64,000 nucleotides of DNA. Source: Dehalococcoidia bacterium (GTDB taxonomy: Bacteria; Chloroflexota; Dehalococcoidia; Lucifugimonadales; UBA2985). The DNA is taken from contig OZ244718.1 of the NCBI GenBank assembly GCA_965218945.1, positions 865,139 to 929,138 on the forward strand, in the 5' to 3' direction. The position numbers and the translations under genes were made by a program. Below the pieces are notes generated by a model. That model was not told the DNA's origin. It made no database searches and saw only the letters and a list, made by a program, of their open reading frames with translations. Below are positions 51,201 to 58,460 of the stretch, one piece after another; the first letter of the stretch is position 1, and every line of letters begins with the position of its first letter.

Positions 51201-51554
51201 ATGACTCCAATGCAGTCAGTTCAAACGGTTATAGGGAACTACGCCAACTTCAATGGACGGGCGCGCCGGTCTGAATACTGGTGGTTCGTTCTGTTTGTCA
51301 ATGTGTTGGTCTCGGCCTTGCTCTTCCTTGGTTTACTTGTCTCAGAACTCCTTTTCATCATTCTTGCGATATTTGCGTTGGCCGTGATAGTGCCCTCGCT
51401 GGCAGTGACGGTCAGGCGCTTGCACGACACCAATCGCTCCGGTTGGTGGATACTGGTCAATCTAATCCCCTATGTTGGCGGGTTAGTGCTGCTCGTGCTG
51501 TGCGCTTTTGCGGGCACCAGCGGCCCAAACCGCTATGGGGATGAGCCTCTCTAG
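51201..51554 (+). CDS. DUF805 family membrane protein (tandem paralogue)
   Basis: Same motifs as the first copy (FNGRARRSEYWWF, RRLHDTNRSGWW, GPNRYGDEP). Confidence 0.85.
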   Translation: MTPMQSVQTVIGNYANFNGRARRSEYWWFVLFVNVLVSALLFLGLLVSELLFIILAIFALAVIVPSLAVTVRRLHDTNRSGWWILVNLIPYVGGLVLLVLCAFAGTSGPNRYGDEPL

Positions 51555-51817
51555 AGTATGCGGAATTCGCTCGGCTATTAGTGCGACAGATTCAGGTCCA
51601 ACCCCGACATTCCTGCTGACCGCAGGTGGTGTATGGGACGCGGTCGTCATTCCCTTGCAGGCTTGCCTCGTACTGCAATAGGGGCCGGGCATCCGGGAGT
51701 GGCGGTTTAGGTTGGCAGTGCAGGGCAGACCAGCGCCCTTTCAGTCGTTCTACCTTTGACAATTCATAGGGAACTTGGTAACTTCATTCCCACAAATACG
51801 ACCTCTGGAGGCGCGTC

Positions 51818-53134
51818 TTGGATCGCAGTCTGGACCGGGTTGAAATGGACAAAATCGTCTCGCTGTGCAAGCGCAGGGGCTTCATCTTCCAGTCCAGCGA
51901 GATCTACGGTGGCCTCGCTTCCACGTACGACTACGGTCCCCTGGGCGTTGAGATGAAGCGCAACATCCGGGACTCCTGGTGGAAGCGATTCATCCAGGAC
52001 AGGGACGACATGGTTGGCCTGGATGCCGCCATCCTCATGCATCCCCAGGTGTGGGTCGCCTCCGGCCACGCCGAGACTTTCACCGACCCGCTGGTCGAGT
52101 GCAGGGCCTGTCACCATCGATTCCGCGCCGATCACCTGGAGTCGGACGCCTGCCCCGACTGCGGCGGCAGCCTCACGGATCCTCGCAACTTCAACCTCAT
52201 GTTCAAGACCTTCATAGGTCCGGTGGAGGACACCGCGTCCCAGGCCTACTTGCGCCCGGAGACGGCCCAGGGTATCTTCGTCAACTTCCAGAACGTCCTG
52301 GTCGCCACCCGCAAGCGCCTTCCCTTTGGCATCGGGCAGATTGGCAAGTCCTTCCGCAACGAGATCACGACGGGCAACTTCACCTTTCGCACCCGCGAGT
52401 TCGAGCAGATGGAGATTGAGTTCTTCGTCAAGCCCGGCACGGACCAAGAGTGGCACCAGCGATGGATGGACGACTTCATGGCCTGGTTCACAGACCTGGG
52501 CATTCGACCCGACAGGCTTCGACTGCGACCGCACACCGACGAGGAGCTTTCCCACTACTCCAAGGCCACCTCCGACATCGAGTACAACTTTGCCTGGGGC
52601 TGGGGCGAGCTGATGGGCATCGCCAACCGCACCGACTTCGACCTGAAGGCCCACTCTCAGCATAGCGGCGTGCGGCTGGACTACTTTGACGACGAGACCA
52701 ACGAGCACATTGTGCCCTACGTTGTGGAGCCGGCCCTGGGCGTAGACCGCGCCCTGCTCCTCTTCCTCTTTGACGCCTACGACGAGGAGACCGTTGAGGG
52801 CGACACCCGCGTGGTGCTCCACCTGCACCCGGCCATCGCCCCGGTGAAGGTGGCCGTGCTGCCCCTGAGCCGCAACGAGAGGCTTGTCCCCAAGGCCCGC
52901 GAGGTGTACGACATGGTTCGAAAGAGCTTTGTGTCCCAGTACGACGACGCCCAGTCCATAGGCCGGCGCTACCGCCGCCAGGACGAGATCGGCACGCCGC
53001 TGGCCGTGACGGTGGACTTCAAGACCATCGAAGAGGACAACGCCGTCACCATCCGAGACCGCGACACCATGCAACAGACCCGCGTCCCCATCCCGGAGCT
53101 CCTGGAGGCGCTGTCGGAGAGGCTGGCAGGGTAG
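51818..53134 (+). CDS. glyQS: Glycine--tRNA ligase (dimeric GlyQS type)
   Basis: IVSLCKRRGFIFQSSEIYGG, YLRPETAQGIF and FRNEITTGNFTFRTREFEQME. TTG start with GGAGG 7 nt upstream; the ATG at 51845 is an alternative. Confidence 0.95.
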   Translation: MDRSLDRVEMDKIVSLCKRRGFIFQSSEIYGGLASTYDYGPLGVEMKRNIRDSWWKRFIQDRDDMVGLDAAILMHPQVWVASGHAETFTDPLVECRACHHRFRADHLESDACPDCGGSLTDPRNFNLMFKTFIGPVEDTASQAYLRPETAQGIFVNFQNVLVATRKRLPFGIGQIGKSFRNEITTGNFTFRTREFEQMEIEFFVKPGTDQEWHQRWMDDFMAWFTDLGIRPDRLRLRPHTDEELSHYSKATSDIEYNFAWGWGELMGIANRTDFDLKAHSQHSGVRLDYFDDETNEHIVPYVVEPALGVDRALLLFLFDAYDEETVEGDTRVVLHLHPAIAPVKVAVLPLSRNERLVPKAREVYDMVRKSFVSQYDDAQSIGRRYRRQDEIGTPLAVTVDFKTIEEDNAVTIRDRDTMQQTRVPIPELLEALSERLAG

Positions 53135-53146
53135 GGGAGAGCAGAG

Positions 53147-53398
53147 GTGGCTGTCCGTCTCACGTTCCACGCCAGACAAAAGATGCTAGAGCGTGGAACT
53201 ACGGAGGACGAGGTTGTTGAATCTGTGCAAAGCGCCTCGTGGGAACAAGCGGACTTGGGACGCCTGCAATGCTTCATGGACTTTTCATTTGACGCCCTTT
53301 GGTATGGTCATCACTACCAGACCAAGCAAGTCAATCCGATATTCGTTGAAGAAGGCGCCGACATTGTAATAGTCACTGTGTACGTGTACTATTTCTGA
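53147..53398 (+). CDS. DUF4258 domain protein (toxin-like)
   Basis: 83 aa. Pattern LTFHARQKMLERGTTEDEV..IVIVTVY. Confidence 0.7.
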   Translation: MAVRLTFHARQKMLERGTTEDEVVESVQSASWEQADLGRLQCFMDFSFDALWYGHHYQTKQVNPIFVEEGADIVIVTVYVYYF

Positions 53399-53409
53399 GG
53401 GAGGGAGCC

Positions 53410-53628
53410 ATGAAAATCACATACGATCCTGAGGTAGACGCTCTAAGCATAAGATTCCAGAGCGGAACCATGACCTCAAAGCATCCCTCGGAAGGCGTGG
53501 CGCTGGACTACGACGCGGAGGGCCGCCTTACGGCCATTGAGATACTGGATGCCAGCCGGCACTTTGGAGACCTGGTAGCCATCCGGCAGATGACGTTTGA
53601 AGAATTGGGCGTCAAGCAACCTTCCTGA
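53410..53628 (+). CDS. DUF2283 domain protein (antitoxin-like partner)
   Basis: MKITYDPEVDALSIRF..VALDYDAEGRLTAIEILDAS pattern. Confidence 0.8.
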   Translation: MKITYDPEVDALSIRFQSGTMTSKHPSEGVALDYDAEGRLTAIEILDASRHFGDLVAIRQMTFEELGVKQPS

Positions 53629-53631
53629 AGC

Positions 53632-53688
53632 CGTGTCCCCATCCCGGAGTTGCTGGCCACGCTAACTACGCGGCTGGTGAGGTAGGGG
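53632..53688 (+). repeat. Diverged duplicate of the last 17 codons plus stop of glyQS
   Basis: Ungapped hand alignment with 53081..53137 gives 42 of 57 identities. Translation is RVPIPELLATLTTRLVR* against RVPIPELLEALSERLAG*. Confidence 0.65.
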
Positions 53689-53799
53689 TGAAGCCGACGA
53701 TCCTGTCTCCTCACGCTCGGCGAAATGATGTCGAGAGGGGTGAATTGATTGCTTCACTGACATTGTGACGACTGGCACATATTCTTGACGTAATGTATA

Positions 53800-54756
53800 A
53801 TGCGCTCACAGTTTCTGCTTGGAGCGTGGTCTTTGGAATTGGACAAGATCCACCAAGGCGACTGTCTGGAAGTCCTCCCCCAACTTCCTGAGAATTCTAT
53901 AGACCTCATCTTCACCTCGCCCCCATACGCCGACAATCGCAAGAAGCCTTACAAGGGCGTACCCATTAGGGAGTACGTTGATTGGTTTCTGCCAAGGTCC
54001 GAAGAATTCTTCCGTGTCCTAAAACCGGACGGCTCTTTTGTGCTGAACATCAAGGAGAGAGCAGTCAATGGGGAGCGTCAAACCTACGTCCTTGAGTTGA
54101 TACTGGCTTTGAAAGAGCAAGGGTGGCTCTGGACGGAGGAGTACATCTGGCACAAGAAGAATTCGTATCCGGGCAAATGGCCGAATCGCTTCAGGGACGC
54201 ATGGGAACGTTGCCTTCATTTTACCAAGTCCAAGCGCTTCAAAATGTTTCAAGAGTCCGTAATGGTACCTATGGGTGAATGGAGGGACAAGAGGTTAGCT
54301 AAGCTGAGCAATGCCGACCAAGTTCGGCATGAATCCAATGCGGCAAGTGGGCTCGGAAGGAAAGTTGCGAATTGGGTTGGTAGGGAAAAAGCATACCCGA
54401 CGAACGTTCTCCATCTTGCCACGCAATGTTCCAACAGAAATCACAGTGCTACGTTCCCCAAAGAGCTACCCAAGTGGTTCATACGTTTGCTGTCAATGGA
54501 GGGAGATACAGTTTTGGACCCATTTATCGGTTCCGGCACAACCGCACTGGCAAGCCTTGAGACAAATAGGCACTACATTGGCATTGAGTTAGATAAGCAG
54601 TACTACTCATTGGCTTCTAGTGCGATAGCTGCCGAGAAGATGACAACTACTTACAGCCCCAGGCTACTTGAATTGCCAGATTTGAACGGACATATGGATA
54701 AAGAGGGTTTCCCCTTGAATCAAGAAGAGGTTAGATGGCTTGGCCACCAACACTAA
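53800..54756 (+). CDS. Beta-class DNA methyltransferase (N6-adenine or N4-cytosine; N6_N4_Mtase-type)
   Basis: Motif IV DLIFTSPPY precedes motif I DPFIGSGTTALAS. The true start may be the TTG at 53833, because a TATAAT box overlaps the ATG at 53800. Confidence 0.85.
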   Translation: MRSQFLLGAWSLELDKIHQGDCLEVLPQLPENSIDLIFTSPPYADNRKKPYKGVPIREYVDWFLPRSEEFFRVLKPDGSFVLNIKERAVNGERQTYVLELILALKEQGWLWTEEYIWHKKNSYPGKWPNRFRDAWERCLHFTKSKRFKMFQESVMVPMGEWRDKRLAKLSNADQVRHESNAASGLGRKVANWVGREKAYPTNVLHLATQCSNRNHSATFPKELPKWFIRLLSMEGDTVLDPFIGSGTTALASLETNRHYIGIELDKQYYSLASSAIAAEKMTTTYSPRLLELPDLNGHMDKEGFPLNQEEVRWLGHQH

Positions 54757-56734
54757 GAGTCTAGGTCTGCAATTCGAAAACCAAGTCAGAGGCAGCCTCA
54801 AGAGGATAGGCTTTGAGGATGTAGATGGAGGACCCACTTTCAAAATTGGTGGCTTCCAAGTTGATGCCTGCGGTGGATGGGATGATGTATTACTAATAGT
54901 CGAGTGTACGCAGTCTAACAATTCAAGTGCATCCATTCATGATCTAATTTCTGAAGTCAGAGGGAAGCAATCAGCTATACGGCGAGGATTCAGGAAGTTA
55001 GAAAAGTATCAGCACTACAATAGGTTTGAGTTTGCCATTGCCACAAAGAACATTTCATATACAGAAGGCGATAAAGCGATCTCTCGTCAGAATCCCCGTG
55101 TACATCTGATAGATTCTCAAACGCTAGAGTACTACCAACGTCTCACGACTCTAATTGGTCGGGGGTCGTTGTTCAATCTGCTTGGCGAACTTGGAGTCGA
55201 ACCTCAGGACCTGAGTCTGCCCAGAGTACCTGCATTTCGCGTAGTACTAGCAAAGAATGTGCCGGGCTACCTATTCTGGTGCCAGCCTCATCAACTCCTT
55301 CAAACAGCTTATGTTGCTCGACGTGAATCAGGGCGAGAGAAGTATTACCAACGCATGCTTAATTCCCAGCGGTTGTCGAAGATAGGTGAGTTTATTCAAA
55401 AAGGTAACATATTCCCTAACAACATCATCGTAGCATTTGATAAGAAACCCGTATTTCGCAAGAAGCCAAACTATGAGAATACGTGGCCTCCTTGGGTTGA
55501 GTTTGGGGAACTGGTATTTCCAAAGAGCTACAGGTCCTGCTGGGTTATAGATGGCCAACATAGGTTGTACAGCTTTGGGAAGTTAGACCCGAATCCACAA
55601 GGGCCAAAGCTAGCTGTTTTCGCATTTGAACCCATATCAGAAAGAGATCAGGCGAATTTCTTTATTCAGATTAACAAAGAGCAACAACCGGTATCACCAG
55701 ACCTGATTTGGGATTTAGAGGGCGAAATGAGCCCTGAAACGCCTAGGGGCCGGATATCCAATTGTGTTAAACATTTGAACTCTCTGGGACCTCTGGAAGA
55801 GAAGATATATCTTCCCTTATCGGGAGAGCGCAAACGTGGACAGTTGAAAATGTCTGGTGTGTGCCAGGACCTTGATGATACGGGCCTTCTAAGAGATCGC
55901 ACCAGATTTATGAACCAGACTCAGACTAATCCTCTTGCATATCGAAGTAACCAAGATGCTATTCCAAGGAGAGTTGCAACGGCATTAGCCGCATACTTCA
56001 AGAAAATAGAAGGTCGTTCTTCCCCAGATCTATGGACTGGTATCTACACAAAGCCTGGAGGAATAACTGTTGCTCTAAATGTCTATGAGCAAATCCTGAT
56101 TCGTGTGGGCCAAATACCATCAGATGGTCAACTGGACACTTATGTAGAAGCCCTTACGAATGTCGTGAGTGATATTGCACCGACGCAAGATGATGTACGG
56201 AGACTCATTAGGGAGCAACTTACCAGCTATGCCCAGAGGCGTCTGTTCTCGGGGGAGATTCTAACCGGAATGCAGTCGGCGCTTACTGATTACGAATTCG
56301 CTAAAGTCAGGACCCAGGCAGCCGAACCTCTCACCAATAGGCTAGCAAAGTTTGAACGGAGATTGTCAGAGTTTGTCACCGACCGCCTAAGTATAGCCTC
56401 CATCGGTGATCTGAAACAAAGGGCTCCCGAACAAACTTGGAAAAGGGTTAATCAAAGATTGGATAACCTTAAGAAAGAGAACCCGCAAGCGGCTCTTCAC
56501 GAGGCATTTACTCTGGGCGAGGTCAGAGAATTGCTGGAACGTGCTGACAACGCACCAATATTGATGCCTTTACTTACGAACTCGTCGGATGGTTTTGGAG
56601 ACGAGCAAGCCGTAATTGCAGCATTGAATGGGATCACTCGCGCTCGGAATCCGATTGCTCATGGCCGTAGTATGCTAAATCGTAAGCTTACCATTGCATA
56701 CTTAGAAACTTTCGAGCGTCTAGTGGGTTCTTAG
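54740..56734 (+). CDS. DGQHR-domain (DndB/ParB-like) protein with an N-terminal restriction-endonuclease-like module and a C-terminal HEPN-like (RNPIAH) module
   Basis: Central YQRMLNSQRLSKIGEFI..FPNNIIVAF..WVIDGQHRLYSF..QINKEQQPVSP. N-terminal FQVDACGG..LLIVECTQS. C-terminal ..LNGITRARNPIAHGR. TTG start overlaps the MTase gene by 17 nt. Confidence 0.8.
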   Translation: MATNTKSLGLQFENQVRGSLKRIGFEDVDGGPTFKIGGFQVDACGGWDDVLLIVECTQSNNSSASIHDLISEVRGKQSAIRRGFRKLEKYQHYNRFEFAIATKNISYTEGDKAISRQNPRVHLIDSQTLEYYQRLTTLIGRGSLFNLLGELGVEPQDLSLPRVPAFRVVLAKNVPGYLFWCQPHQLLQTAYVARRESGREKYYQRMLNSQRLSKIGEFIQKGNIFPNNIIVAFDKKPVFRKKPNYENTWPPWVEFGELVFPKSYRSCWVIDGQHRLYSFGKLDPNPQGPKLAVFAFEPISERDQANFFIQINKEQQPVSPDLIWDLEGEMSPETPRGRISNCVKHLNSLGPLEEKIYLPLSGERKRGQLKMSGVCQDLDDTGLLRDRTRFMNQTQTNPLAYRSNQDAIPRRVATALAAYFKKIEGRSSPDLWTGIYTKPGGITVALNVYEQILIRVGQIPSDGQLDTYVEALTNVVSDIAPTQDDVRRLIREQLTSYAQRRLFSGEILTGMQSALTDYEFAKVRTQAAEPLTNRLAKFERRLSEFVTDRLSIASIGDLKQRAPEQTWKRVNQRLDNLKKENPQAALHEAFTLGEVRELLERADNAPILMPLLTNSSDGFGDEQAVIAALNGITRARNPIAHGRSMLNRKLTIAYLETFERLVGS

Positions 56735-56805
56735 TCAGAGGGCTCCTCCTCTGATATACTCGCGCCATGCGCATTCTCCACCCCGATAGACCCCGGAGGC
56801 ACACC

Positions 56806-57048
56806 ATGATCCGCGAATACATAGACGCGGCGATGGCCAAGGCTGAATACGAAATCCTGAGCGATGACGGCTCCTTCTATGGAGAGATCCCGGGGTTCCA
56901 GGGCGTCTACTCCAACGCAGATACACTTGAGGAGTGCCGCAAGGTGTTGGAAGAGGTGCTGGAGGAGTGGCTGTTGCTGCGCATAACCCTGGACTTTGAC
57001 ATTCCTGTTGTGGACGGCCTTGGCCTAAAGTTTAGGCAAAGCGCCTGA
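56806..57048 (+). CDS. HicB-family antitoxin-like protein (N-terminal HicB fold only, no HicA nearby)
   Basis: Pattern YEILSDDGSFYGEIPGFQGVYSNADTLEECRKVLEEVLEEWL. ATG preceded by GGAGG. The ORF is also open in frame from the duplicated sbcD start at 56767. Confidence 0.72.
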   Translation: MIREYIDAAMAKAEYEILSDDGSFYGEIPGFQGVYSNADTLEECRKVLEEVLEEWLLLRITLDFDIPVVDGLGLKFRQSA

Positions 57049-57056
57049 ATCGCGCC

Positions 57057-58292
57057 ATGCGCATTCTCCACTTTTCGGACGTGCATATAGGCGTCGAGAG
57101 CTACGGCTCCACCGACCCGGACACCGGCCTCAGCACGCGTCTCATGGACTTCCTCGCCACCTTCGGTGAGGTGGTGGACTTCGCACTGGGCAACTCCGTT
57201 GACCTCGTGCTCTTTGCCGGCGACGCCTACAAGAGCCGCGACCCGTCGCAGACCCACCAGCGGGAGTTCGCTAGGCGCATAGCCCGCCTATCCCGGGAGG
57301 GCGTGCCCGTCTTCCTGCTGGTGGGCAACCACGATTTGCCGCACATCGCCAGCCGGGCCACGGCCCTGGACATCTTTCCAACGCTCTCAGTCCCCAACGT
57401 CACCATCGGCGACCGCCTGGACACCTACATCGTTCACACCGCCGCCGGCCCGTTGCAGGTCGTCGCGCTGCCCTGGATACGTCGCAGCGCCTTCCTGGCC
57501 AGGGAGGAGACCCGCAGCCTCACCATCGACGAGATAAACCGGCAGCTGGAGGAGCGGGTCACCACCATGCTGACCTGGCAGATAGAAGGCCTTGACCCCG
57601 CCATCCCCGCGGTCCTGACCGCCCACGTCTCTCTGAACACCGCCAAGACAAGCTCGGAGCAGTCCATGCTCCTGGGCAGAGACCCCGTCCTGATGCAGAG
57701 CGCCCTTGCCCGGCCTGAGCTGGACTACGTTGCTCTGGGCCACATCCACAAGCGCCAGACGCTCTCTCAGAATCCCCACATGGTCTACTCAGGCAGCCTG
57801 GAGCGCATAGACTTTGGCGAAGAGAACGACGACAAGGGCTTCTGCGTCATCGATCTGGACACGACCGCGCCTCGGGGTCAGCGTCTTGTCGACTTTCGAT
57901 TTCAGCCCGTCAATGCCAGGCGCTTCCTCACCATAGAGGTCGCGGTCGACGCTGACGAAGACCCCACGCAGGAGACGATCAAGGCCATCGCCCGCAGGCA
58001 CGTCGCCGACGCCATAGTCAGGGTGAAGATTACCATGCCCCAGGAGGTGGAGGCGCAGCTGCGGGAGAGCGAGGTGCGGGACGCGCTGGCGTCGGCCCAC
58101 TTCGTCGCGCCCATAGTCCGGGACGTGACCAGGGAGCGACGCACGAGGCTGGGGGGCGCTTCGGTGGAGGGATTGTCGCCGCAGGAGGCGCTGCGACTGT
58201 ACCTGGAGACGACGAAGGCGCCAGCGGAGAGGGCGCAGGTGCTTCTGAGCTATGCGGAGCGTCTCATTAATGAGGAGGCGGAGGAAGGGTAG
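57057..58292 (+). CDS. sbcD: SbcD/Mre11-family DNA repair exonuclease
   Basis: MRILHFSDVHIG, GDAYKS, GNHD and GHIH metallophosphoesterase motifs. Confidence 0.85.
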   Translation: MRILHFSDVHIGVESYGSTDPDTGLSTRLMDFLATFGEVVDFALGNSVDLVLFAGDAYKSRDPSQTHQREFARRIARLSREGVPVFLLVGNHDLPHIASRATALDIFPTLSVPNVTIGDRLDTYIVHTAAGPLQVVALPWIRRSAFLAREETRSLTIDEINRQLEERVTTMLTWQIEGLDPAIPAVLTAHVSLNTAKTSSEQSMLLGRDPVLMQSALARPELDYVALGHIHKRQTLSQNPHMVYSGSLERIDFGEENDDKGFCVIDLDTTAPRGQRLVDFRFQPVNARRFLTIEVAVDADEDPTQETIKAIARRHVADAIVRVKITMPQEVEAQLRESEVRDALASAHFVAPIVRDVTRERRTRLGGASVEGLSPQEALRLYLETTKAPAERAQVLLSYAERLINEEAEEG

Positions 58293-58444
58293 GCTTTCCG
58301 TCGCTCCCGTGAAAACGGGAGCCCTTTCCGCCTCCTCTGGATACCCGTCTGCACGGGTATGACGAAACATGCATCGCTCCCGTGCAGACGGGAGCCCACG
58401 CCCCACCACCCCTGGATGCCCGTCGTCACGGGCATGACGAAAAT
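58293..58444. repeat. REP-like cluster of cccgt-N-acggg hairpins
   Basis: ctcccgtgaaaacgggag, atacccgtctgcacgggtat, ctcccgtgcagacgggag and atgcccgtcgtcacgggcat. Confidence 0.6.
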
Positions 58445-58460
58445 GTAGGGGCGGTTCGCG

